A DNA stretch of 64,000 nucleotides from a bacterium (GCA_963693055.1 OY843751.1:4352001-4416000), one strand, 5' to 3'. Counted from the stretch's first letter, positions 43,106 through 54,495 are shown. Made by a program: numbers and translations. Notes: generated from the letters alone by a model not told the origin.

Positions 43106-43747
43106 TTATCCTCTTTGCGGCCCTTCCGCATTGGCGTTAGAAAAAACGTAAAAGATTACGGTTTCCAACTCCATTTCCAAATCCACGTGATTTATATAAA
43201 TATCATCCGGTGCTCTTAATGAGATGGGAGAAAAGTTCATAACGCCTTTAATACCCGCTTTTACCAGCAAATCAAGCGTTTCCTGAGCTGCCAGCGCAGG
43301 CACAGCAAGGATTGCCAGCTTTATCTGGTTTTCACGTATAAATGACTCCATTTCGTCTACTGAATATATCGGCACAGTTGCCTCAGAATTCAGTTTATTA
43401 TCATCTGCATCAAAAGCAGCGACGATTTTGATATTTTCTTTTTCAAAACCGGTATAGTTTAACAAAGCGTTGCCAATATTGCCATTCCCTACCAAAATCA
43501 CCGGTTGCACTTTGTCTTTGCACAGCAATGTTTCAATTTCAGCCAAAAGCTCATCTATCTGGTATCCTCCTTTTTTATTGCCGGATATACCAAAAACCGA
43601 AAAGTCTTTGCGTACCTGCGCAGGATTCACACCCGCCGCATCGGCAAGATTATCAGAGAACACCTTGACTACCCCTACGGACTTTAGTCTTTTCAGGGCA
43701 CTTTTGTAACGTGACAATCGGGTCACACTGTTCTTAAATGCATACAT
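43106..43747 (-). CDS. rex: redox-sensing transcriptional repressor Rex
   Basis: RLSRY, QVRKDFS.FG..G..GGY, VG.GNIG.AL, NFSP. Confidence 0.95.
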   Translation of the reverse strand: MYAFKNSVTRLSRYKSALKRLKSVGVVKVFSDNLADAAGVNPAQVRKDFSVFGISGNKKGGYQIDELLAEIETLLCKDKVQPVILVGNGNIGNALLNYTGFEKENIKIVAAFDADDNKLNSEATVPIYSVDEMESFIRENQIKLAILAVPALAAQETLDLLVKAGIKGVMNFSPISLRAPDDIYINHVDLEMELETVIFYVFSNANAEGPQRG

Positions 43748-43796
43748 TTTCCGCCTCCAACAATTAACGGAACAAATTACATAATAAATTTCTTAT

Positions 43797-43830
43797 TGTC
43801 AAGTTTTATGTGAAAAAAATCACATAAAAC
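43797..43830 (-). promoter_or_regulatory. Rex-box-like palindrome abutting a TTGACA -35 element upstream of rex-hfs
   Basis: gttttatgtga-aaaaaa-tcacataaaac (43803-43830) resembles TTGTGAA-N4-TTCACAA; minus-strand TTGACA at 43802-43797. Confidence 0.75.
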
Positions 43831-43975
43831 TGCAAAATATTATTTCCCGGTTAATGGTAAAGTAATGTATAAGATTTGACTTGATTTTAATGTGAAAATT
43901 TAAATTCGAGATTGCTATTTTAGGAGAGTATAACTGATATCCCAAATGGAATATCAGCAGTTCAGTACAATCAAT

Positions 43976-44266
43976 TCATTCTTGATTCAAATTGTTAATT
44001 TCTTTAGCCAGTTCCATATCTTTATCTGTTACTCCCCCTTCACTATGTGTGCTTAACGTAATGGTAACCTGGTTCCAGTTGTGCAGCAAAATATCAGGAT
44101 GATGGTCTTTTTCCTCAGCCAACTCGCCAATTTTGTTCACAAATGCCAACGCTGTTTTAAAATTCTCGAGATTAAATGCTTTGGTGATAAAAGAATCATG
44201 AAATTCCCAACCGGACATTTCTTTCATGGCTTGTAATATCTGTTCATCTGACAGTAGCATTTTCAT
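43976..44266 (-). CDS. phhB: pterin-4-alpha-carbinolamine dehydratase
   Basis: AEEKDHHPDI, LSTHSEGGVT.KD. Confidence 0.92.
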   Translation of the reverse strand: MKMLLSDEQILQAMKEMSGWEFHDSFITKAFNLENFKTALAFVNKIGELAEEKDHHPDILLHNWNQVTITLSTHSEGGVTDKDMELAKEINNLNQE

Positions 44267-44417
44267 TAAACTCCTTTACTTAAAATAACACAATCCACCT
44301 TTTATCCATTCCGACTGCCTGAAACAATTCCGTATCCACTGATCAGAGAATAAAAGCATAAATCCGATTTTTCTTGATTTTCAGTTCGTGTATCCGTATT
44401 ATTAACATTGGACACAC

Positions 44418-45005
44418 TTGCAGGAAATCGTGAATACGCAAAAGACTAAACATATTCAGGGCATTGGCCCTATTCAATTTGTACGCAGTTCAAGGGCCAA
44501 ACGGGTCAACATCTCTATTCGTCCCGACCAGGGTATACGTGTAGCCGTACCTCGCGGTATTTCATTCCAACGCGCCGAGCAACTGATTGAATCCAAATAC
44601 GATTGGATAAAAAGTCACCAGGAAAAACTCAAAGCCGCAGAAAAATTTCATGACAACTTGCAACAGCAAACCCCTGCCAGCACCATGAGTGTTAGAGAAG
44701 CTAAACTGTTAATTGCAAACCGGTTGAACAAGCTCTCAGAAAGATATGGTTTTTCTTATAACCGCTTGTTTATCAGGAACCAGAAAACACGTTGGGGCAG
44801 TTGTTCATCGGTTAATAATATCAACCTGAACATCAAGATTACCAAACTGCCTCCTGAACTTATGGATTATGTTATTCTGCACGAACTGGTCCATACGCGC
44901 ATTAAAAACCACAGTAAAAACTTTTGGAACGAGCTCGATTATTACGTAGGAAATGCCAAAGCGGTTGATAAGGAACTAAAGAAATTCAAACTAGAATATT
45001 TATGA
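44418..45005 (+). CDS. YgjP/DUF45 family metal-dependent hydrolase
   Basis: R.QKTRWGSCS, DYVILHELVH, NHS..FW. Confidence 0.9.
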   Translation: MQEIVNTQKTKHIQGIGPIQFVRSSRAKRVNISIRPDQGIRVAVPRGISFQRAEQLIESKYDWIKSHQEKLKAAEKFHDNLQQQTPASTMSVREAKLLIANRLNKLSERYGFSYNRLFIRNQKTRWGSCSSVNNINLNIKITKLPPELMDYVILHELVHTRIKNHSKNFWNELDYYVGNAKAVDKELKKFKLEYL

Positions 45006-45012
45006 GTTAAAA

Positions 45013-46263
45013 ATGAATGATAAAAAAACAATAAACTCGGATCTAATTCCAGACAGACAAAAACTTGAAGATGCTTACAATGAAAACCTCGCTCTGTTTG
45101 AGATCGAACTGCGCAGGCTAACCCGAAAACTTAAAAAAAACCTTTCAGAGCACCAGACCAATGCAACAATAAAATCGCGAATCAAATCCTTTGACAGCTT
45201 TTTTGACAAGTTGTTAAATACCATACAAAATACCGGTACGAATGACATTGTTCTTACAGATATTATTGGAATTCGTATCATTACACCTTTTCTTGAAGAT
45301 CGCGATGGTGTAATCAAACTCTTGACCAATGAATTTAATGTTACCGAAATAGAAGCCAAAGGAGAAAAGCACTCTTTTAACGAGTTTGGCTATGACTCCA
45401 CCCATCTCCTGGCGGATTTGCCCGAGGGTTACCCCGCCATAAAAATGCCATATACCAAACCGGTATTTGAGATCCAGCTGCGTACCATTCTGCAGGAAGC
45501 CTGGGCAGAAGTGGAACATGAATTGATCTATAAGGCCAATTTCTCTCTATTAAACACCTCTATCCGTCGTAAACTGGCTTCGCTCAATGCAAGTCTTGCG
45601 CTTTCAGATGTTATCTTTCAGGAAATTCGCGACTATCAAAAAGAGATCCAAAATCTTGATGACAAGCGGCGCGAAATGCTTTTAAACAAGGTCAAAGAAA
45701 TCGATAAAATGCCGTTAATCGACAAAATTGCACCCAAGCAGGATCTTGAAGCGAATCTAAAAAAAGATATCAATTCCATTCAACCACAAAAAGAACTGGA
45801 TAAACTGATTTTTGAAGCACTGGATGCTCATAGCAACCAGCACTATTCTCAGGCAATTCAAATCTATTCTGAAATATTGAACCGGGAACTGGAGCCCAAA
45901 ATATCTTCAATTATTTTTAACCATCGGGGAATGGCGTATTTTGTACAATCCGAGTATGAAAGATCTATAGATGATTTCACCAATGCATTATATTTCAATC
46001 CCGAAAATTACAGGGCTTTGAACAACAGAGGCCTGGTTTACAAAATGGAATCGCAGCACGACAAGGCGCTGGCAGACTTTGAAGCTTCCATAGAGATTTT
46101 TCAAAACCAGGTAGACGGCTACTATGGATGCTCTCTCATCCATTACGATCTCGAAAATTATTCAAGCGCCATCACCTATTGCAACAAGGCGTTGAATATT
46201 AAACCAGATTTTTCACCAGCAAAACAATTAAAAAGCATCATTGCGTCTAAACTGTTTAGATAA
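45013..46263 (+). CDS. RelA/SpoT-type alarmone synthetase domain fused to TPR repeats
   Basis: RIKS..S...K, DIIGIRI, GY.S.H, EIQLRT..QEAWAEVEH..IYK; C-terminal TPRs. Confidence 0.9.
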   Translation: MNDKKTINSDLIPDRQKLEDAYNENLALFEIELRRLTRKLKKNLSEHQTNATIKSRIKSFDSFFDKLLNTIQNTGTNDIVLTDIIGIRIITPFLEDRDGVIKLLTNEFNVTEIEAKGEKHSFNEFGYDSTHLLADLPEGYPAIKMPYTKPVFEIQLRTILQEAWAEVEHELIYKANFSLLNTSIRRKLASLNASLALSDVIFQEIRDYQKEIQNLDDKRREMLLNKVKEIDKMPLIDKIAPKQDLEANLKKDINSIQPQKELDKLIFEALDAHSNQHYSQAIQIYSEILNRELEPKISSIIFNHRGMAYFVQSEYERSIDDFTNALYFNPENYRALNNRGLVYKMESQHDKALADFEASIEIFQNQVDGYYGCSLIHYDLENYSSAITYCNKALNIKPDFSPAKQLKSIIASKLFR

Positions 46264-46343
46264 TTAAAAACAATTTGAAACTTTTTGCACGTTTCTCCGT
46301 ATGTTATTTGTTGGAAAATTAATCATTAAAAATGGAGTGAAAC

Positions 46344-48377
46344 GTGAAAAAAGTATTCATGCTTCTTACACTTTTCAGCTTTATCCTGGTAGCAGGATGT
46401 ACACAATCCCCTCAGACCACAAAAGCAATTGATCCCCAAAACATGGATCTAACCGTAAAACCGGGCGACGATTTTTATCAATACGCCAACGGTAACTGGA
46501 TCAAAAACCATCCCATTCCGGATGAATACAGCCGTTACGGCGCTTTTGAGTACCTGATTGAAGAAAACTACATCAAGGTTAAGGATGTTCTTACCAGTGC
46601 TGCAGCAAATAAAGATGCGGCAGAGGGCAGCCTTGAACAAAAGATTGGTGATTTTTACAGCACAGCAATGGACACAGTCGCCATTGAAAAAGCAGGGATT
46701 TCACCATTAAAAGCAGATCTTGAGCGCATTCAGGCAATCAAAACCCCGCAGGATATTATCAAACAAATGGCCTACATGCAAACACACCAAATGTATGCAC
46801 CCTTTGTAACCGCAGCATTTCAGGATGCCAAAAACACCGAAATGGTCATCATCCAAATAATGCAGGGTGGTCTGGGTCTCCCTGACCGGGATTATTACAC
46901 AGAAAAAGACGGTCGCTCACAAGAGATCCGCAAAGAATATCTCATTCATTTGAAAAAAATGTTCATCCTTGCAGGTGATGATGAAGCAGCAGCGCAAAAA
47001 GCCGCAGATGATGTAATGGCCTTTGAAACCCGACTGGCAGAAGCATCTATGAAGCTCATCGATCGTCGAGATCCCAACAAAACGTATAACAAAATGGACC
47101 TTGAACAGCTCAAAAAATATACCGGAAAATTTGACTGGGACCTCTATTTTGATTCTATTGATATGAACAATCCGGGTGGCATGAACATTCGCCAGACCGG
47201 TTTTATCAAAGAGATGGCCAAAATGGTTTACGATACCCCGGTAGACAACTGGAAGACCTATTTCCGCTGGCACCTGCTTGATCAAAATTCTGGTTACCTG
47301 AGTGATGACTTTGTAAACCAAAATTTTGATTTCTTTGGCCGCGTGCTTTCAGGCACCAAAGCCCTGCAGCCCCGCTGGAAACGTATGCTGCAAACTACAA
47401 GTGGCGAAATGGGCGAAGCGGTGGGGCAATTGTATGTTCAAAAATACTTTCCACCCGAAGCAAAATCCCGCATGGTTGAACTGGTGGAAAATTTAAAATA
47501 TGCTCTGGGTGAACGTATTAAAACCCTGGATTGGATGAGCGACGAAACCAAAGTCAAGGCCCTGGCAAAACTGGACAAAATGGGTTATAAAATCGGGTAT
47601 CCCGATAAATGGACCGATTACAGTACATTAGAAATCAAAGATGACTCATTCTTTGCAAACACCATGCGTACCCGTCACTTTAATTTCCAATACGAAATGA
47701 ACAAGGCCGGTAAACCGGTTGACCGTACCGAATGGCACATGTCTCCGCAAACCGTAAATGCCTACTATTCACCTACCATGAACGAAGTAGTGTTCCCTGC
47801 GGCAATTTTGCAGCCGCCTTTCTTTGACATGGCAGCAGACGATGCGGTTAACTATGGTGCAATCGGTTTGGTGATTGGTCATGAGATGACCCACGGATTT
47901 GACGACAAGGGCCGCCAATACGATCTGAACGGTAACATCAATGACTGGTGGACTGAAAAAGATGGTGAACGTTTTAAAGAACGCTCACAGATCCTGGTTG
48001 ATCAGTTCAACAACATGACCGTTTTTGATTCTTTGCATGTGGATGGCAAACTCACCCTGGGTGAAAACATTGCTGATCTGGGTGGATTAAATGTATCTTA
48101 TACCGCATATCTCAAATCCCTTGAAGGTAAAGAAACTCCGGCACCTATTGATGGATTAACCGACAAGCAGCGTTTCTTTATTGGTTACGCGCAGCTCTGG
48201 CGCCAAACCATCCGCGATAAAGAACTGATGCGTCGATTAAAAGAAGATGTACACTCTCCCGGCAATTTTAGAGTAAATGGTCCCTTGACCAACATGCCCG
48301 AATTTTATGCCGCCTTTGATGTACAACCCGGCAACCCCATGTACCGCAAAGCAGAAGATCGAGCAAAGATCTGGTAA
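46344..48377 (+). CDS. M13 family metalloendopeptidase lipoprotein (PepO/neprilysin-like)
   Basis: Lipobox VAGC; PGDDFY.YANG.W, VNAYY, HEMTHGFD, GENIADLGG. Confidence 0.96.
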   Translation: MKKVFMLLTLFSFILVAGCTQSPQTTKAIDPQNMDLTVKPGDDFYQYANGNWIKNHPIPDEYSRYGAFEYLIEENYIKVKDVLTSAAANKDAAEGSLEQKIGDFYSTAMDTVAIEKAGISPLKADLERIQAIKTPQDIIKQMAYMQTHQMYAPFVTAAFQDAKNTEMVIIQIMQGGLGLPDRDYYTEKDGRSQEIRKEYLIHLKKMFILAGDDEAAAQKAADDVMAFETRLAEASMKLIDRRDPNKTYNKMDLEQLKKYTGKFDWDLYFDSIDMNNPGGMNIRQTGFIKEMAKMVYDTPVDNWKTYFRWHLLDQNSGYLSDDFVNQNFDFFGRVLSGTKALQPRWKRMLQTTSGEMGEAVGQLYVQKYFPPEAKSRMVELVENLKYALGERIKTLDWMSDETKVKALAKLDKMGYKIGYPDKWTDYSTLEIKDDSFFANTMRTRHFNFQYEMNKAGKPVDRTEWHMSPQTVNAYYSPTMNEVVFPAAILQPPFFDMAADDAVNYGAIGLVIGHEMTHGFDDKGRQYDLNGNINDWWTEKDGERFKERSQILVDQFNNMTVFDSLHVDGKLTLGENIADLGGLNVSYTAYLKSLEGKETPAPIDGLTDKQRFFIGYAQLWRQTIRDKELMRRLKEDVHSPGNFRVNGPLTNMPEFYAAFDVQPGNPMYRKAEDRAKIW

Positions 48378-48399
48378 GCTTTTTCAAGTAATCTTAAAT

Positions 48400-48443
48400 A
48401 AAAACCCCGCTTCCTGATAATATCAAGAATCGGGGTTTTTTAT
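48400..48443 (+). terminator. intrinsic terminator after the M13 peptidase
   Basis: aaaaccccg...cggggttttt hairpin followed by a T tract. Confidence 0.7.
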
Positions 48444-48487
48444 TTACAGAAGACAAATTCACATGGAAAGATAAAAAAATCCCAGAA

Positions 48488-48534
48488 CGGTCCCTGAGTG
48501 TCCCGAACTTGCTTCGGGACGTATCGAAGGGCCG
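48488..48534 (+). repeat. REP-like palindromic element, copy 2
   Basis: cggtccctgagtg-tcccgaa cttgc ttcgggac-gtatcgaagggccg. Confidence 0.65.
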
Positions 48535-48552
48535 GCATTCTAAATTTATCCT

Positions 48553-48577
48553 GGTTCCAAGGCTCTGCCTTGGAACC
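48553..48577. repeat. perfect 11-bp-stem hairpin, second REP-like type
   Basis: ggttccaaggc-tct-gccttggaacc. Confidence 0.55.
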
Positions 48578-49240
48578 CAACTTGATCGCGATGCAGATCC
48601 CTGCATCGCAGATCATCCATCCGGGACACTCGTCCCGTAACATTAAATTCTGAATCTCCTACAATATTCTGCTTACAAGATCAGAAAAGTCCTGCATAAT
48701 ATTTCACTCGGCATAAATATGCCGGGCGATCAGATTTTAAGGAGCGGGGTTTTGTTTTTTTAAATTAACAAATCACAAAAAATACGGATAAAACGAATTT
48801 GCGCGTATAAAATATGTACCTTCTGCGTCCAAAACTCCTGTTTTGTGACGCAACTAACACGCGAAACTCTGTTTCGCAATAATAAATTATCCCACACCTC
48901 AGAAAAAAAATTAGAGACTCAAAAAGTGAGTGTAATAATTCTGTGTATCTTATTACTAAACACATTTTATATTATTTTCTTGCATGTTTTTACAAAAATA
49001 TATTAATTATACTATACAAATTAAAACTGACATGGGGAATTCTGGGTGGAAATGGATACTAATTCATTACATTAAAATTCTTAATATGTTTGAAATTCTA
49101 GTGTTATTTACTATATCAGGGATACGCTAAAACCCCCAAAACTAGGATTTTTGTATCTGTTTTAAATCAAGCCTTGTGCTCCGTTTCTACGCTTCGAGTT
49201 TAACAAGTGTAAGCCCCAAATATGACTATGGAGTATTTAT

Positions 49241-51124
49241 ATGACAAATGAAGAAATTGCAAGATTTTTCAGTGAAACTGAAGTTAATCTTACAGAGAAC
49301 ACCAGATTACGTGAACCACAAATTGAAGGATATCAAGCTGTAAGAGATTTCTTTTCTAATGGAATGAGTGGACATGCAATACTCCAAATACCCGTTGGTT
49401 GTGGAAAAACAGGATTAATGAGCATTTTACCGTTTGGCTTAGCCAATGGCCGGATTCTCGTAATAACACCCAATATAGAGATAAGAAATGGTGTAACTGA
49501 TGCCTTAGATTTTAATAATAGCAGTTGCTTCTGGCGAAATGTTGATTTTTTACAAAACTTCCAAAATGGGCCATTCAGAACTGTGTTAGATAGCAGAGAC
49601 GCGAATTTACATGATTGTAACAACGCTCATTTCGTAGTTACAAATATTCATCAATTAGCAAGCTCCGCAGAAAGATGGTTACCACAATTCCCAGACAACT
49701 ATTTCGATTTAATCCTTGTAGATGAAGGTCATCATAATGTTGCAAATAGTTGGCAAAGAGTATTTGATAAATTTCCAGATGCAAAAATTGTTAGTCTTAC
49801 TGCTACACCTTTTAGGTCAGATGGTCAGATAATTAATGGGCAAAATATATATAGATATGCCTTCTCTAGAGCAATGAGAAGAGGATATATAAAACAATTA
49901 ACTTCAATTAATGCAGCTCCTTCCGAAATTTACTTTACTTATCAAGGCAATGAGCACCATCATACCCTGCAAGAAGTACTAGCTCTCCGCGAAGAAGCTT
50001 GGTTCAGAAATGGGGTTGCGCTTTCCAGAGAAACTAACATTAGCATTGTTGATGCAAGCATTCAGTGTCTACAACGGATTAGACAAACTGGTTTCAACCA
50101 CCAAATTGTTGCTGCCTGTTGCTCTATTAACCATGCACGTGAAGTTGCTTCTCTTTATAGAGAACGTGGTTTTAATGCATCACATATTTCAAGTCATATG
50201 AAAAGAGAAGAACGAGACGAGGTCATTAATAATTTACGATCAAACAGAATAGACGTAATAGTTCAAGTTCAAATATTGGGCGAAGGATTCGATCACCCTC
50301 CACTTAGTGTTGCGGCTATATTCCGTCCATTTAGAAACTTATCACCTTATGTTCAGTTTGTTGGTAGGGTCATGAGGGTTGTTCAACAGAATTCACCATA
50401 TCATCCAGACAATGAAGGAATTGTAGTATCACACATTGGGCTTCAACAAGATGAAAGATGGAATGATTTCAAACTTTTTGACAATGATGACCAGATTCTA
50501 TTTGCAGAATTACTTAATAGTGAAGAAACTGAATTAACTAATATAACTAATCCAGAAACAGAAAATAGAAATAGAGAAAGACGAAGAATTCGCCCCAATA
50601 TGACTGTAATTGATGAAGTAATTGACAGTTTCATAACTGATGATTTTCTCGATTTAAATGATCAGGGGGCAATAGATGAAGCAATTCATCAGATTGGTCA
50701 ATTATTAGGTGTTTCCGCAGAAGATCTAGGTTTAACTCGTGAAGAATTAATTGGAAGGCTTTTAGCTGCAAGGCAGAGAGCTGAATTGAAACCTCAACAA
50801 ATACCTGTTCAACCACAAGAAGCAAGAAAAGAAAGAAGACGAAGACTTAACGAAGAAACTCGCTCTGTAGCTGGTAGAATCATTCAAGCCCTTAATCTTG
50901 CACCTCAAGCTCCAAATTTAGTTCCATTGTTCCCTCAATTTGCCTCAAGAAATAATATTGGTGTAATAATTAGATTAATGCACCATTATGTTAATGAAAG
51001 AATGGGATTTGAATCTGGAATTAAGGGTGAACTATCGATTGACCAATTAGATGCTGCTATTAATATTCTTGATGATATTGGTGATCAAGTTCAGGAAGAA
51101 ATATTTACTCGTTTGAATAGGTAA
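49241..51124 (+). CDS. superfamily 2 DExH helicase (ResIII-like) with a helical C-terminal extension
   Basis: LREPQ, PVGCGKT, VDEGHH, LTATP.R.D, LGEGFD, YVQFVGRVMR. Confidence 0.92.
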   Translation: MTNEEIARFFSETEVNLTENTRLREPQIEGYQAVRDFFSNGMSGHAILQIPVGCGKTGLMSILPFGLANGRILVITPNIEIRNGVTDALDFNNSSCFWRNVDFLQNFQNGPFRTVLDSRDANLHDCNNAHFVVTNIHQLASSAERWLPQFPDNYFDLILVDEGHHNVANSWQRVFDKFPDAKIVSLTATPFRSDGQIINGQNIYRYAFSRAMRRGYIKQLTSINAAPSEIYFTYQGNEHHHTLQEVLALREEAWFRNGVALSRETNISIVDASIQCLQRIRQTGFNHQIVAACCSINHAREVASLYRERGFNASHISSHMKREERDEVINNLRSNRIDVIVQVQILGEGFDHPPLSVAAIFRPFRNLSPYVQFVGRVMRVVQQNSPYHPDNEGIVVSHIGLQQDERWNDFKLFDNDDQILFAELLNSEETELTNITNPETENRNRERRRIRPNMTVIDEVIDSFITDDFLDLNDQGAIDEAIHQIGQLLGVSAEDLGLTREELIGRLLAARQRAELKPQQIPVQPQEARKERRRRLNEETRSVAGRIIQALNLAPQAPNLVPLFPQFASRNNIGVIIRLMHHYVNERMGFESGIKGELSIDQLDAAINILDDIGDQVQEEIFTRLNR

Positions 51125-51128
51125 TAAA

Positions 51129-51347
51129 ATGTCAGCGATTAAACAAATTATTTCAACATGCTATTTCGAGTCTGCAAAAAGATTAAGACATTGTTCTAGA
51201 AACAAAAAGCATCTTATATCAAAAAATGAAAAGTGTTTTGTTGTAAAAGAGCAAATGAATAAAAAGAGCTATTGCATGGAGTGTGCATTAATTATTCTTA
51301 ATAAAGCTAAACAAGATATTAATGAGTTATACGATCAATGTGATTAG
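51129..51347 (+). CDS. small Cys/His (putative Zn-binding) protein coupled to the helicase
   Basis: 72 aa, starts 4 nt after the helicase stop; C.....H ... C ... YC..CA. Confidence 0.7.
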   Translation: MSAIKQIISTCYFESAKRLRHCSRNKKHLISKNEKCFVVKEQMNKKSYCMECALIILNKAKQDINELYDQCD

Positions 51348-51491
51348 AAGCAATTGTTAAAAATTAGTTATATATCAAACAATAGCCTAATCCAACACAA
51401 CCCCATCAGTGAAAATCCGTGTCAATCCGTGGCTAAATCAATCTTTTCCAAACAATAGGCGATGTCCAAAATATACTACTCTTGAAAAACA

Positions 51492-51544
51492 CCGGTGCTT
51501 CGATACGCTCGTCCGCTTTTAGCGGACTCGCACTCAGCAACCGG
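51492..51544 (-). repeat. REP-like palindromic element, copy 3
   Basis: Minus strand ccggttgctgagtg-cgagtccgct aaa agcggacgagc-gtatcgaagcaccgg. Confidence 0.65.
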
Positions 51545-51578
51545 CTCTTCATTTTTTTAATAATTATAAAACCGGTCC

Positions 51579-52994
<1,416 letters not shown>

Positions 52995-53126
52995 ATATAA
53001 ACTCCTTTTTTAATCATATATCTTCTTTTTAAAAATAAACATAAATCCAAAAAAAGCAATACAATAAAACAAAAAATCATGGTGATGGAATTTATGCTCT
53101 ATTCAAATTCCATATATCAAATTTTG

Positions 53127-54371
53127 TTACAGGAACAAAATCCTGCAAATAAAAAGCGCTGCCAAAACGCCCACCACATCCGCAATTAAACCTGCTGCTA
53201 CGGCAAAGCGGGTATTTTTTATATTCACCGCGCCAAAATAGACCGCAATAACATAAAATGTGGTTTCCGTACAGCCGTACAGAGTAGAGCCCAGTTTACC
53301 AATGAACGAATCCGGACCATGGGTTTGCATCAACTCGGTAACCAGTCCCAGCGTTCCGCTGCCGGACAATGGCCGCATCAGCGCAGCAGGCAAAATCTCT
53401 GCAGGCATTCCAATTAAATCCGTTAACGGAGCAAGCATCTTTACCAGTACACTCATCGCACCTGATGCCCGAAACATCCCTACAGCTACAAGTATCGCCA
53501 CCAGATATGGAATAATGCGCACCGCAACCTGGAACCCTTCTTTGGCGCCCTCAATAAACAATTCATAAATGGGAAGCTTTTTAAATATTGCAACAAAGGG
53601 GATCAGTAACAGCAACACCGGTATCACCCAATAAGAAAAAGATGTTATGCCATGCTTAAAGGCCTCAGAGTTCATGATAAACAAAAGCGCCCTGCCAATG
53701 CCGGTAAAATAAATGACTGCCCCAAAACCTGCCAGAACAGCTGCAGCAATAACATAATTCTTTAAAGCACCTATTCCCTTGCCGCTTCCCAGGTGGATGA
53801 ACAGCTTGACTACAAAAATCACTGCAAGTGTAGCCATTAATGATGAAAATATAGTCGTAAATATAATATCAACCGGATTAACGGAATCCAACCCAACCCG
53901 TACACCAATCATAGTCATGGGAATCAATGTGATACTGGCAGTATTGAGCCCCAACAGCATGATCTGCGCATTGGTAGCTGTATCTTTTATCGGATTCAAT
54001 GTCTGCAATTCTTCCATTGCTTTTATGCCGAATGGTGTGGCCGCGTTTCCCAGACCTAGCCAATTCGCGGAAAGATTCAACGTAACCGCGCCAATTGCCG
54101 GATGATCTTGCGGAACATCCGGAAAGAGGAATTTTGCAACAGGCCGAACAAGCCGTGCCAAAAAGCGAATGAATCCCGCTTCTTCAGCGATCTTCATCAT
54201 CCCCAGCCACAGGGTCATAATACCAATCAAATTAAAAGCAATGCCCACAGATGTTTCTGCACTGCTAAGCACCGTGTCTGTCAAAAGTTTCATATTGTGG
54301 GTAAATCCCGCAACTATAACCGCAACCGCAATCAATAAAAGCCAGATATAATTAAGCAAAGTGTTCTCCAT
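53127..54371 (-). CDS. fused SpmA/SpmB (nucleoside recognition gate) membrane protein
   Basis: LGLGNAATPFGIKAMEELQ, MRPLSGSG, ETTFYV.AVYFG. Confidence 0.92.
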   Translation of the reverse strand: MENTLLNYIWLLLIAVAVIVAGFTHNMKLLTDTVLSSAETSVGIAFNLIGIMTLWLGMMKIAEEAGFIRFLARLVRPVAKFLFPDVPQDHPAIGAVTLNLSANWLGLGNAATPFGIKAMEELQTLNPIKDTATNAQIMLLGLNTASITLIPMTMIGVRVGLDSVNPVDIIFTTIFSSLMATLAVIFVVKLFIHLGSGKGIGALKNYVIAAAVLAGFGAVIYFTGIGRALLFIMNSEAFKHGITSFSYWVIPVLLLLIPFVAIFKKLPIYELFIEGAKEGFQVAVRIIPYLVAILVAVGMFRASGAMSVLVKMLAPLTDLIGMPAEILPAALMRPLSGSGTLGLVTELMQTHGPDSFIGKLGSTLYGCTETTFYVIAVYFGAVNIKNTRFAVAAGLIADVVGVLAALFICRILFL

Positions 54372-54495
54372 AATTAATATTTATCCCTATTATAAAAATT
54401 TTTCACAACAAATAAAAATACTTGTTTCCTAATCGTATAGTTTGTAAATTTATTTGATAAAATTACTAAAGCCAATTTAATATGGAGGAAGAAAC

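Noticed and set aside
48600-49120. Small ORFs or an IS remnant in the long intergenic region
   Set aside because: No RBS-supported ORF, transposase fragment or paired IRs could be supported
51405-51435. atcagtgaaaatccgtgtcaatccgtggct short repeat
   Set aside because: Resembles a common intergenic REP-like motif but occurs once here, which is too little to call
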